Source: a virus. Taken from it: a stretch of DNA of 64,000 nucleotides. The stretch is taken from positions 41,757 through 105,756 of IMG/VR virus record IMGVR_UViG_3300037011_001068; one strand, 5' to 3'. The notes beneath the pieces were generated by a model. That model did no database searches. It had not been told where the DNA came from and was given only the letters and a program-made list of their open reading frames with translations. Of this stretch, positions 46,101 through 55,082 are shown one piece after another; positions within the stretch are counted from its first letter, which is position 1; every line of letters begins with the position of its first letter. The position numbers were made by a program, and so were the translations under genes.

Positions 46101-49100
46101 AATATTACAGTCAAAGGAATGAGTTTAGGGCAGGAAAAGAAGCCTGCTCCGGATAACTTTGAGACCATGCCGGAAGGGTTGCCTACTGAATTTAAACCAA
46201 ATAAATGGAAAAATTCTCAAAAAATAGTAAATGCTCTTTTGCTCGCTCCTCTTGATACTAAGCTTGAAACGAGTAAGTATATCGCTACGCTTGTTCCTAC
46301 ACTGGGTGGAGGAAATGTTTGGTATATAAAATATAAAGATGCTGCTTACGGAGAGGATGTTACAAGTTCCCATTCTTCGATGGCATGGGATATTTCTATT
46401 CTTAAAGAACCTATGAAAGTTATTCTTCCGGAAAAAGTAGAAGAGCTTCCTGAATTGAAGACCATGGAAGAAAAACAAAATTTTTGGAAAGATCAACCAT
46501 GGGGTGGAACGTTGGAAGTTTGGTCTGTAAATCCTTCTGGAGATCTTTTTTCTTATGCACCGCTCGGGACCGCTATTGCCGCTCCAAAGCCGGGGGATGC
46601 TTCAGGCATGGCTTTAACAATTTGGCATAAAGGTAAAGGTGACCACTGGTATACTATAGGTTATGCAATAAGCTCACAGGCACTTTCTACACTACTCCAA
46701 CCTATTGTAAAAGCAAAAAAGAAGGCTCTCATCCTAAAAGGAGCTCCTGCTATTGCTGGCCTTATTAAAGATTGGCCCAATATTCAGAACATCACGCAAG
46801 ACATTCCAATCAAGAATCCCTCGAAAATATTTCCAGGATTTTTGAGTGTAGCTCCTTTGGGAGCTCGCCTTACTTCTTATAAGCTCTCTACTGGCGGGAA
46901 AGTGGAGAGTCAGATGTTTGTAAAAGAAGATGGGGAAAATTGGAAAAATATCTTTACGCAAGATATTATAAATAACTATTTTGTAACTCAGCTCATGAAT
47001 ACGCAGGATGAAGTTTTTATTTATCTAGGAGGTATTCCTGGGAGCACTCCAAAGCCAACAATAAAAAAACTTGTACCTAAGCTCGTGCATGCCAAGGATG
47101 CAATAAAAATGCATGAGGCAATCAAAGCTTCAGGTGGTACGCTCAAGATCAAACCTAACTCCACTGATTCAACGGTGGCCTATGTTTGTTTGGACAACGT
47201 GATAGAGGGAGATGCGGCAAAAATACTGAATTCTGCGCTTTTGGAATTAAACCTTTCCCAGCATGTCTTGAATTTTCAGCAGTATCCTAAAACGAATAAA
47301 TTCGGTGCTTTTGTGGCGATTCCTTTTTCCCATCTAGAAAATCCCGTGGAGATACAGGTGGAGGAGGGTGAACAAGTTCCTTCTGAACCGCCTGATCAAG
47401 TGGAGGAAAAGCCCCAGAAAAAAAAGCCTAAGAAGCTCTCCAAAAAAGAAATCCAGAAAATGGCTGCAGCAAAGCAAAAAATCGAAGAGCAGAAGGTATG
47501 GGCAATAGCGCACCCGACGGTGAAGGATCCAGAAACCTTCCTTCTCCTCGCGCACTTCCAGAAGCACATGGATAAGTGGTTTTCTGAAAGTCCCTGGTAT
47601 GCGCGGGTGGAAAACGAAGGGGAGACCATCTTCCTGCAGCCGAAGAGCTTCCCTGAAGATTTTCCGGCGGTCATGAAAAAGCAGTTCCCTCTTGCGGAAC
47701 AGGTGGAGACCATCCATGGGCCCATGATGCGGGTCTCTCTCCAGTCGCTCCGGGATCGCTATCCCGAGGCGCTCCCCGTAAAAGGCCCGGATGGTAAGCT
47801 CTATCCTGTGGGGACCACTTTCCAGACTGAAAAGACTTCGGTGACCGTGGGGGACCTTTTAAAAACCGAGCCTGGATTCCATAGCATGGTCCCGCATACC
47901 TCTATGCCGGATTACATGGTGCTCAAAGTGGCTGGAACGGGAGCGAGCCAAAAAGAGCAGCTACATGCTATCGTCCAGAAATTTGGGTTACACCCACTTT
48001 TCACAGAGCCGAAACAAACATCGAGCTCCTGGATGCATTATTTTCTCAAGAAAGAGATCGATAATTCATGGAAAGAGGAGGAGAAGCTCGTGGTGCTCCC
48101 TGGGGAATCCCCCTCTCCCCTTCGCCTGGCTCCTTTGCCCTCGGGGACGACCACCACGGAGCATTGGGGGGAAGTGGGGGATAATCGTGCGGAGCTCGGG
48201 TTGTTGGAAGCTGTGAAAATTCCTTTGTACGGACACGTAATTCGGATTGGCAAACCGGGGATACTGACAGATTTTCAGGTGAACATCCGAAAAGTGAAGA
48301 CCCTTTCAGGGGATCTTGTTTACGAGGTGACAGGAGATCTTCTCGAGTTCAAGGCTCAGTCCAGCAAATTGAATCCTACCTCTAGTATTCCTCTGACTTC
48401 GGCAGCTTCGCAATTGTTCGCGCCTTTGGGAAAATTAAAGACCATTGAATACGATGCAGAGACCGGGGTGCATGACGAAAGCAAGAGCCCTGGGGAGATC
48501 ATGAGCCTCTCTGGTTTTCAAGGAACCGTGCGTGATGGAAAAACCGTGGTCCAGGTGATTCAAGATCCTTCTCAGCAAACCATGAATGGCACTTTCAAGG
48601 TGCGAATCCCGGTGGGGGATAATGTGGAGGAAGCACTCGGCGAAGCTTTTGAAGCGATGGGTTACAACGCCGCGGAGGCACTCTCCCCTATCGATGAAAA
48701 AAGCGATCGGATTTTTAAAAAGTGGTCTATCCTTCGCTCGACATTAGGACCATTGGCTTTTGGGCAGTCCGATGCTGCTATACCACGGAAGCAGCGGCAT
48801 GATGAGAAGTACCTGGATACACAACTTGATAAACTCGGCGTCCAGAAATTGGTTCCTACCGCGAAGGTACAGCGGATTTTTCAAAGCAAAGTCACGGTAA
48901 CGGTAGCGGGTGAAGAGCATTTCAAGGAGCATTGGTCTTGCCCTTATGTGGGAACAAAATTTCCTTCCGTCATAATTCAGCTCGCGCAGGGTGCTGGGTG
49001 GGCAAGTCGAAAAGAGCGTTATCTGAAGGGTGTAGATACGGATGGAAAAAGTAAAGGTGAGGATTTTCAGACTGGCGGGGCTGCGGGTGTTTTTTGCCGT

Positions 49101-49517
49101 ATCGCTGGGTCACAGGCAAAGATCAATCCAGCGTATGCTTATAATGTAGTATTCCATCCTCGCTTGTTTAGACGAACAGACTGGTATCACTATAATGATG
49201 ATCATTTTGGCGTGATTGCTCCTAATACCTTCAACACCATGGGTCCGCAGAAGGGAAGGTTGAGTGCAGGACCTATCACTAGCGTAGGAAATGAGATCAT
49301 CTTTCAAGGGGGTATGGACATTCGAGATATCGTAGGAATCATGTGTACGAGCCCTGAATCGGCAACTTCTTTGAAAGAGAAGCTTATCAGCATGGGAATA
49401 ACAGAGATCAATGGGGCTTCATTAGATGCTGCAATTAAGTACATTCCGCCGTATGAAACAACAGGCAGCAAATTTTTAAAGGTATTTCACATCAAAGAAG
49501 ATCCAGAGGAGGCATGA
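43167..49517 (+). CDS. giant polyvalent protein: HipA/PI3K-like kinase, repeat modules, putative ART-fold C-terminus
   Basis: WIFK, DWLLANHDSHAGQ, IAIDKG; three NFETMPE repeats; GGAAGVFCR..NEIIF..I.DI.GI. Confidence 0.7.
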   Translation: MLATQLTAPKWVHTSFQKAGVKTKPMKLGLGSWKGLSIIAIGPKGGRIIGYGRFHKAIYAGSAIAEHLVALREEAAASKKWTPSTEIQKLVEWLTELGIDGKAFKDRVEVEEDAGKLLGQSFSVYGNTEPGKKLSFKVAELLPHIGEPLKPAENEALSYAAEVASGQFQEEKLFPDLKTLEPVPLEGVYAKYAGSHGNKLFRDPEERLWIFKAANPIIARAEEAANRVGRHILGDKFPPAKYVQLGGKDGVLIGEMLGEVWQESSAMHSHPPLNLLKEHRLEVLQHEILDWLLANHDSHAGQFLSHEGELIAIDKGQAWKWIGEDTFHPGFKGQNPSDPIYKKFWEQVKSGKISSEGFVEAALEVIERWRQIPVEQFRSIVAPYVVTLAGGTHKEPEEIAKKLEARFLSLAKDVEGFLSGQLGQVVSFGGVQPIEPTTETLPSPLKLAPSPKEPELPIQAIPKPPLAGPLSVAIEPSSALSVASQWPITKGNEKGKVTVTSPGVKPPASWPAGIPGAGFMQDIVYKKEAYKLSIFEKGGKVSFLIQYPDGTSNTWPSINQAGDSLYLYANKLPISMGAKDKKEKGISLGSKVFRFEQFKAELEAAYGMPSVAVESPPSKAKSIKPLAESITVQTPKELEQANIIEPGQKNLPFYEVAEKLPAWEEVDPSVMPPEVQELIDQMDASITSYPDVWDAAIFPGKVVKILLNTTGKPGFLIGDVKQGKPVYHIYKQDPQGNYTIGSPMNAEIYDTGFDLYSKLGSKGLEEEPYDPLKVLMEGPKAGKEKPSEDNFETMPEKEAQPIQFSGKTANEHMKVAVALPAGTIITLTPAKWPDVPTVNFVKNEKGSWHPFDTATQAPLEKEIFSSNMIGVIVNSMLKNGGLVVHSMGAIKKPAPSNFETMPESVYQPKAGVPKLADIESAEEGAEIKLQTEGQDAPTVFTKTQGEWWVLNPGANKHEKVTFSEVFLADVLDTASQNSNITVKGMSLGQEKKPAPDNFETMPEGLPTEFKPNKWKNSQKIVNALLLAPLDTKLETSKYIATLVPTLGGGNVWYIKYKDAAYGEDVTSSHSSMAWDISILKEPMKVILPEKVEELPELKTMEEKQNFWKDQPWGGTLEVWSVNPSGDLFSYAPLGTAIAAPKPGDASGMALTIWHKGKGDHWYTIGYAISSQALSTLLQPIVKAKKKALILKGAPAIAGLIKDWPNIQNITQDIPIKNPSKIFPGFLSVAPLGARLTSYKLSTGGKVESQMFVKEDGENWKNIFTQDIINNYFVTQLMNTQDEVFIYLGGIPGSTPKPTIKKLVPKLVHAKDAIKMHEAIKASGGTLKIKPNSTDSTVAYVCLDNVIEGDAAKILNSALLELNLSQHVLNFQQYPKTNKFGAFVAIPFSHLENPVEIQVEEGEQVPSEPPDQVEEKPQKKKPKKLSKKEIQKMAAAKQKIEEQKVWAIAHPTVKDPETFLLLAHFQKHMDKWFSESPWYARVENEGETIFLQPKSFPEDFPAVMKKQFPLAEQVETIHGPMMRVSLQSLRDRYPEALPVKGPDGKLYPVGTTFQTEKTSVTVGDLLKTEPGFHSMVPHTSMPDYMVLKVAGTGASQKEQLHAIVQKFGLHPLFTEPKQTSSSWMHYFLKKEIDNSWKEEEKLVVLPGESPSPLRLAPLPSGTTTTEHWGEVGDNRAELGLLEAVKIPLYGHVIRIGKPGILTDFQVNIRKVKTLSGDLVYEVTGDLLEFKAQSSKLNPTSSIPLTSAASQLFAPLGKLKTIEYDAETGVHDESKSPGEIMSLSGFQGTVRDGKTVVQVIQDPSQQTMNGTFKVRIPVGDNVEEALGEAFEAMGYNAAEALSPIDEKSDRIFKKWSILRSTLGPLAFGQSDAAIPRKQRHDEKYLDTQLDKLGVQKLVPTAKVQRIFQSKVTVTVAGEEHFKEHWSCPYVGTKFPSVIIQLAQGAGWASRKERYLKGVDTDGKSKGEDFQTGGAAGVFCRIAGSQAKINPAYAYNVVFHPRLFRRTDWYHYNDDHFGVIAPNTFNTMGPQKGRLSAGPITSVGNEIIFQGGMDIRDIVGIMCTSPESATSLKEKLISMGITEINGASLDAAIKYIPPYETTGSKFLKVFHIKEDPEEA

Positions 49518-49852
49518 TGGACTTGTCCAAGGTCTATGAAATTCAGGTGCCTCGTGGGAAACCCTTCGGTCCACTAATTGCCGAGGTGAGTCAGAAGCCC
49601 GGGGGCCTTGAGCTTCTTACCGAGAATGGAATTCGATTTCTGGATTTCGAGGACATCGATGAGCAGCTTATCGACGATGAAGCGCAAGGGGTAATCGAGA
49701 TTCACTACCCAGATCGCCGGGTGGTACTTCAGAAAATCACCCTTGCCACTTGGGCGGACGTGGATCCTTTTTTGGGAAGAAAATTTCCGCTTGTGACCTC
49801 GGATGAAGCGCTCACCCAGGAGCTCCGAGAGTGGCTGGAGGATTCTCCATGA
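49514..49852 (+). CDS. small acidic protein, possible partner/immunity of upstream enzyme
   Basis: ATGA coupling, GAGGAGG RBS; role is inference. Confidence 0.6.
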   Translation: MMDLSKVYEIQVPRGKPFGPLIAEVSQKPGGLELLTENGIRFLDFEDIDEQLIDDEAQGVIEIHYPDRRVVLQKITLATWADVDPFLGRKFPLVTSDEALTQELREWLEDSP

Positions 49853-50055
49853 GATGCCCTCATTGTAAAAATCATGTGCTTCAGAAGAGCGGAGAGCGCA
49901 CAAAACTGCGGATCCAGGGCCCCGTATTTTTCGATCGGCAGGGGAAGTGCAAAGCTACCTGTTTCTGGTGCAAAAGTGAAGTGGAGCTTCCCCTTCGGCT
50001 GCTCGGGGGAGTGCCTATCGAGAGCGAGACCTTTTTGCTTCCGACAAGAGGTTGA
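49849..50055 (+). CDS. zinc-ribbon protein
   Basis: CPHC..CFWC, LQKS; GGAGG RBS. Confidence 0.7.
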   Translation: MRCPHCKNHVLQKSGERTKLRIQGPVFFDRQGKCKATCFWCKSEVELPLRLLGGVPIESETFLLPTRG

Positions 50056-50080
50056 CAGATTTCTGGACCTTTTTTATTCT
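50052..50080 (+). promoter_or_regulatory. sigma70-type promoter upstream of protease-scaffold-capsid genes
   Basis: TTGACA-17bp-TATTCT; spacer carries reverse motif variant GATTTCTGGA. Confidence 0.55.
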
Positions 50081-50189
50081 AAGGGCAGATTAAGGAATAG
50101 CTGTACGGTTGGCCCGGGTAGGATCCGTGAGGGATCGGTAGGGGCAAGCGATAGTATCGTTTGCCCCTTTGCCGTTTCGAGGTGGAAAA

Positions 50190-51047
50190 ATGGAAGGTGA
50201 GCTCCCGTTCGATGTCGAATTTCCCTTCTCCGTTTTTGAAAAAGCGGATGAAGAGCCAGGGAAGAGAAAACGAATCGGCGGTATTGCCTCGATCGAGACC
50301 CGGGACCGGCAGGAGGAGACCGTTCTTCAGAGAGGTTTGGATTTTTCAGATTTCGCGAAAAATGGTTGGTTCAACGATAATCACTCCAAAGATACCGCGG
50401 GAGTCGTAGGATATCCCGATGGATCTACTGAATTTTTTCGCAAAGGTCAGCGATTACCTAGCGGAGAAATCGCGAAAGCTTCCGGGCATTGGGTGGAGGG
50501 TTATTTGCTGGATACTCCGCGGGCCAATGCGATCTGGGAGCTCGGAAAAGCACTCCAGAAAACGCAACGTCGGCTTGGTCTTTCGGTGGAGGGAAAAATT
50601 CTGCAAAGAACCGGGCCACAGTTAAAGACGATTGCGAAGGCCCTGGTCCGAAATGTGGCTATCACGAATTGCCCCGTAAATACTTCCGCGCGCATGGAAA
50701 TTCTGGCTAAGAGCCTTAAAGCCGCGGAGCAATGCGAAAGCGATCTGGCCAAGACCCTGGGTATGGGTGTTCCAGCAATTGGGGCTGGGGGCGGAGTGGT
50801 TCCACCGGCCAGCATGGGGCCTCAAACGGGTATGGGTGCAGGGCAGGTGATTGCCCGGGAATCGCTCGAGAGCAAGCAGCACCCGCCAAAGAAGATCGGA
50901 AAGAAAAAAAAGATTAAATTCCGGAAGTCTTTTTCGCATATCGAAGCGATCCATTGGCTTCGCGCTCAACTTCCGCATGCTTCGGCGGAACAAATCGAGC
51001 GCTTGCTAGAAACCACCCGGCGACTAAAAAGCGCTGGAAAACTGTAA
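50190..51047 (+). CDS. prohead protease
   Basis: IGGIAS..RDRQEE.V, FNDNH, LGLSVEG, NVAITNCPVN. Confidence 0.9.
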   Translation: MEGELPFDVEFPFSVFEKADEEPGKRKRIGGIASIETRDRQEETVLQRGLDFSDFAKNGWFNDNHSKDTAGVVGYPDGSTEFFRKGQRLPSGEIAKASGHWVEGYLLDTPRANAIWELGKALQKTQRRLGLSVEGKILQRTGPQLKTIAKALVRNVAITNCPVNTSARMEILAKSLKAAEQCESDLAKTLGMGVPAIGAGGGVVPPASMGPQTGMGAGQVIARESLESKQHPPKKIGKKKKIKFRKSFSHIEAIHWLRAQLPHASAEQIERLLETTRRLKSAGKL

Positions 51048-51057
51048 GGAGCGCCGA

Positions 51058-51969
51058 ATGAAAAATCAAAAACCGAATTCTGAAGAGAAAAACAGGCCTG
51101 GATTTCCGCCCCCCGGTGCGCCGAGCCCAATGACCAAGGCCAAAAAATCGAATGGAGAAGAGGGGGACGAAGGCAGGGGTGAAGAGGAAGACGAGGAGGA
51201 CGAGGACGAGGAGGGCGATGGTGGGGAGGAAGACGAGAACGAAGCTGAAAAAGGCTGCACGAAAAGCCTTTCTCGTGAGGACCTCGAGAAGAGCCTAAGC
51301 CGCTTGAACGAGCTCGCGACAGAAGATGATCCGGCGGCGAGGAAAGAGGTGCTGCTCAAAAAAGCCCTTATCGAGGAGCTTTCCAAGGGAGAGCAGGAGG
51401 AGCTTCATCAGATTCTCGGGGGTGTCACTGAGCCGACCTCGAGTCGCCTGTCTGATGATGTTCGGAAGGGTTTTGGCGAAAATGAGACCCTGCAGAAGGC
51501 TCTTGACGTGAGCGACTACCTCCAGGAGAACAATAACGAGCTTCTGAAGAGCTTGGATACCTTGTCCAAGGCGATCGAAGCTTCGGACAGCCGGCAGCAC
51601 GAATTCAACCTCGTGCTTGCCAAGGCAGTCTCAGACATCGGACGCGCTACCATGGCCATGAGCTCGAGGCTCGGTGTGATCGAGGCACAGCCGGCGAGGG
51701 CTCCGAAGTCTCGGGGCATTCACGCGCCTCTCGAGAAAGGATTCCAGGGTTCGGATCGCGCTCCCGACGGTTTGTCGAAATCTGAAATTCTGGATGCGCT
51801 GGAAGAGATGGCCGAAGATAGCATTAACAAAGGCCTCGGCGGCGTGATGGAAGATGGGGGAGATATTGCGCTTGCGATCAGCAAGTATGAACAATTCAAC
51901 ATGATCTCCCCAAGCCTCTTGAAGACGGTTCAGGGTCATATTCAGTCAAGGCGAGCCTCTGCCCACTAG
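51058..51969 (+). CDS. capsid scaffolding protein
   Basis: acidic/coiled-coil protein between protease and MCP; about a dozen hydrophobic-x-K-A/S/G sites. Confidence 0.75.
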   Translation: MKNQKPNSEEKNRPGFPPPGAPSPMTKAKKSNGEEGDEGRGEEEDEEDEDEEGDGGEEDENEAEKGCTKSLSREDLEKSLSRLNELATEDDPAARKEVLLKKALIEELSKGEQEELHQILGGVTEPTSSRLSDDVRKGFGENETLQKALDVSDYLQENNNELLKSLDTLSKAIEASDSRQHEFNLVLAKAVSDIGRATMAMSSRLGVIEAQPARAPKSRGIHAPLEKGFQGSDRAPDGLSKSEILDALEEMAEDSINKGLGGVMEDGGDIALAISKYEQFNMISPSLLKTVQGHIQSRRASAH

Positions 51970-52028
51970 AGGGCGTGGGCCTTTTGCGGTTAACGGAAAC
52001 CCCATACAGTGGGTAGGAGGATTCGGAA

Positions 52029-53462
52029 ATGTTTGGGAATGCAAACATGGTGTCCTGGAAGGACTACGAGGGAGTAGAAGGATTCCAGGTTGGATCTCAG
52101 CAAGAAGTCGATCAGCTCAACAAAGCTCTGGCGGCCGGCCAAAGCATCAATCCCCCGGGGAGTGCCACCGCGGGAGATGGTTTCAGTTTACGCGTGGAAA
52201 GTTTGGAACGTACACTTAAGGTGACTACGTTCAAAATGGAACACATCAAATTCTGGAAACAAATTCCCAAGCTCGCAGCTTGGAACACAGTGGAAGAACA
52301 CAATGCTCTGCATTCATACGGTCAAAATCCTGATGCCGGGTTTATCGCGGAAGGCGATCTTCCGGGTGAAGACGACTCGACCTATGAAAGGCAGTTCGCA
52401 ATCATCAAGTTTTTGGGGACCACACGCCGAGTGACTCACCCCATGAGCTTGATCAAGCCGGCTCACGGAAATGTCATTTCAATGGAAACCGTGAATGGCA
52501 CGATCCACTTGCTGCGGATCCTAGAACGGGCGCTTTTCTTTGGTGATAGCGCACTGTGCGCTTTGCAGTTCGATGGATATGCGAAACAGCTTCAGGCGAA
52601 GAGCAACGTGATCGATCTTCGAGGACAACCGCTGAGTGAAGACGTTCTCACCGATTCCTGCTTGACCGCGTTTGATGCCCCCAATTACGGCATGATCACT
52701 GATATCTATCTCAATCCGAAGGTCAAAGCAGACCTCGTGAAGACGTTCTTCCCGAAGGAACGCCATCCAACCAACGTTGGGGACATGAGCAAAGTCGGCT
52801 TGGACATTAAGGGGTTCACTTCCCCCGCCGGCGATGTGATGTTTCAGCCGGATGTGTTCATTACGGATGGTGGCGGCGTGACCACAGCAGTCGGCGACGC
52901 AACCAAACGGCCAGCAACCCCGACCATCTCCACTCCTTGCACAACCCCTGGTCCGGAGGCTCTCTCGAAATTTGGCGCCTTAGATGCTGGCGATTATCGT
53001 CTCCAGATCCAGGCCTGCAATCGCTATGGGCGAAGCGCCCCGGTAGCGGTGGATGCAGGCGCGGTGACCATCGGAGCAGCCGAAAAATTCACCTTCGGCG
53101 CGACCCCCGGTGGATCTACCACGGTTGAATGGTGGGAGCTTTTCCGAACAAAAAAAAACGGCGCGCTGGGGACCGAGCGTTTGGTTCTCCGGGTCGCTAA
53201 TGCGGCCGGCGCAGCGGAAAGTATCATCTCTGAATACAACGACCAGATCCCCGGGTGCTACTATGGCTTTGGGTTCCAGCTCAATCTGGAAAACTTGTCA
53301 TTCAAGCAACTTGCGCCTATGGTAAAAATACCACTGGCGACAATAGACAGCAGTATCAGGTGGATGCAGCTTCTCTATGGGGTGCCTGTTCTTTACACTC
53401 CTGGAAAGAACATCCTTTTCAAGAACATAGGGCGGGCTCTCGGCTACGTCGGCAACCCCTGA
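52029..53462 (+). CDS. major capsid protein (SPO1/K-like)
   Basis: LNKA propeptide site, LRVESLE.TLK, LFFGD..QFDG, VIDLRG..L, QLAPMVKIPLA. Confidence 0.92.
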   Translation: MFGNANMVSWKDYEGVEGFQVGSQQEVDQLNKALAAGQSINPPGSATAGDGFSLRVESLERTLKVTTFKMEHIKFWKQIPKLAAWNTVEEHNALHSYGQNPDAGFIAEGDLPGEDDSTYERQFAIIKFLGTTRRVTHPMSLIKPAHGNVISMETVNGTIHLLRILERALFFGDSALCALQFDGYAKQLQAKSNVIDLRGQPLSEDVLTDSCLTAFDAPNYGMITDIYLNPKVKADLVKTFFPKERHPTNVGDMSKVGLDIKGFTSPAGDVMFQPDVFITDGGGVTTAVGDATKRPATPTISTPCTTPGPEALSKFGALDAGDYRLQIQACNRYGRSAPVAVDAGAVTIGAAEKFTFGATPGGSTTVEWWELFRTKKNGALGTERLVLRVANAAGAAESIISEYNDQIPGCYYGFGFQLNLENLSFKQLAPMVKIPLATIDSSIRWMQLLYGVPVLYTPGKNILFKNIGRALGYVGNP

Positions 53463-53504
53463 CAGCGTTGAGCTCTTGAGGTAGGGGTAAAAGCGAATAA
53501 GTAT

Positions 53505-53558
53505 GGGGCGGTGACAAGAAGCTCTTAACACCCCCCGAGGATCTTCTGTCACCGTCCC
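53505..53558. promoter_or_regulatory. long stem-loop after MCP
   Basis: GGGGCGGTGACAAGAAG ... CTTCTGTCACCGTCCC, no U tract. Confidence 0.55.
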
Positions 53559-53585
53559 GTGTTCGTGGGGGCAAAGGAGAAAATC

Positions 53586-54194
53586 GTGGAGCACACTTTA
53601 TCTGATGCGGAAAAAGGAAGGCTTCCAACACCCTCGGAAGAAGAGACGCTAGATATTCTCACCGCAGGCTGCATTCCCGCCTACATGGGCGCTCCCATTG
53701 CGGTGGATGATGACCGGATAGTGGTGTCTGCGGATTGGGCGGATGGTGCGCTTACCGTCGCCGCGCAGCCGGACGTGCCTCGAAATCTGACCGCGGTATT
53801 GACCGACGCAAACGCCAGCATCACAGCGGGCCTCTTGACCCTCACCGGCCTGGACGCGCAGGGAAGGGTCGTCTCCGAAGTGATGGACATCACCGCAGGG
53901 CTTTCCTGGGTCGGGACCAAAATCTTCGCCAAGGTGACTAGCGCGGTCATTTCTGGAACAGCCGGGACCCCGGCAGCCGGAACGGACGTTGTGAAGGTCG
54001 GCGTGGGTAACGTTATTGGGACATGCGTGGACCTCGTGAAGGCTACTGAGGTAGTGCATTGCTATTTGGGAACGCTAGTCACTCCGACAGCGATCGCTGT
54101 CGGGGAATCCAAGAGCGGTATCAACGCCAGCGGTTCGACGTACAATGGAACCAAAGTGCTCTGGGCGCTTTTGCGGCCCGCAAAAAATGCGTGA
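53586..54194 (+). CDS. virion structural protein (possible decoration)
   Basis: GTG after AAGGAG; QPDVPRNL; small-residue rich. Confidence 0.65.
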   Translation: MEHTLSDAEKGRLPTPSEEETLDILTAGCIPAYMGAPIAVDDDRIVVSADWADGALTVAAQPDVPRNLTAVLTDANASITAGLLTLTGLDAQGRVVSEVMDITAGLSWVGTKIFAKVTSAVISGTAGTPAAGTDVVKVGVGNVIGTCVDLVKATEVVHCYLGTLVTPTAIAVGESKSGINASGSTYNGTKVLWALLRPAKNA

Positions 54195-54224
54195 AGTCGA
54201 TTGAGGGCAAGAAGGGGAACGAAA

Positions 54225-54725
54225 ATGGACCTACTGAACATCCTAAAAGATAAGGCGGGCACGTTGATCCTAGTCAACGGACGCCGCTACACCATCGGGA
54301 CCGACGGTATCGCTCGGGGTATTGACATCGAAGACGCGCAAAAACTTTTACAAAACCATCAAGCTTGGAAAAGGGTCGGAGTGCCGGAAAAAGTGGCCCT
54401 TCCAGGAGTGACAGAGAAGCCCCAGAGCGTGGTCGTCTCCTTGCCCCCACCTCTAGCCCCCAAACCCATTTCTCCCCTGCCTAAGGAGCCTCCAGTGGCT
54501 TCTCCAGCGGCTTCTTCGGTAGCTTCTCCAAGGGCTTCTCAAACAGAGGTAAAATTTGAGGAGCCTCCCGAAGAAAACGAGGAGTGGCCAGATCCAAAAG
54601 AGAGCATGGATCTTGAGTACCTCAGGCAGATGGCAGAGGCCTACGAAGTGAAATGGGCCCCTCGAACGGGAAAAAAGCGACTCATCCAAGACATCCTAGC
54701 GGCCATGTATCCTGACGGACGCTAG
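54225..54725 (+). CDS. protein with Pro-rich linker and Rho-N/HeH-like C-terminus
   Basis: MDLEYLRQMAEAYEV..KKRLIQDI. Confidence 0.6.
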   Translation: MDLLNILKDKAGTLILVNGRRYTIGTDGIARGIDIEDAQKLLQNHQAWKRVGVPEKVALPGVTEKPQSVVVSLPPPLAPKPISPLPKEPPVASPAASSVASPRASQTEVKFEEPPEENEEWPDPKESMDLEYLRQMAEAYEVKWAPRTGKKRLIQDILAAMYPDGR

Positions 54726-54743
54726 AAGAAAGGCAGGATTTTT

Positions 54744-55073
54744 ATGGGTAAGAAAAACGCGAAAGATTTTGTTCCTTTTTGTGCAGATCAGGGGATTCCC
54801 ACTTTAGCTGGTGCGGCAAAAGCCGGCGTGTCGGTCCAGCATTTCCCAGGGGTGGTCATGACCAGCGATGGCGTCTACACCTTCGCAGGCCTCGGTGGGT
54901 CGAATATGGCGGACACGAATTATTCCTTGTTCGTGATCAATCAAACCGATTCCACGGACCCAGGAAAAGCATCGGTCAAAGCGGTGACCGGGTTCACAAT
55001 TGCTGGACCGGACACTTCAGATGTTTTGGATATCCTCGTGATCGGGGCTCTCAAAGGGCAGGTTACCGAGTAG
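54744..55073 (+). CDS. virion structural protein
   Basis: beta-rich; structural module. Confidence 0.6.
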   Translation: MGKKNAKDFVPFCADQGIPTLAGAAKAGVSVQHFPGVVMTSDGVYTFAGLGGSNMADTNYSLFVINQTDSTDPGKASVKAVTGFTIAGPDTSDVLDILVIGALKGQVTE

Positions 55074-55082
55074 GAGGCTCCC

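Noticed and set aside
51160-51250. GAG/GAC-rich repeat
   Set aside because: Explained by the acidic tract of the scaffold protein.
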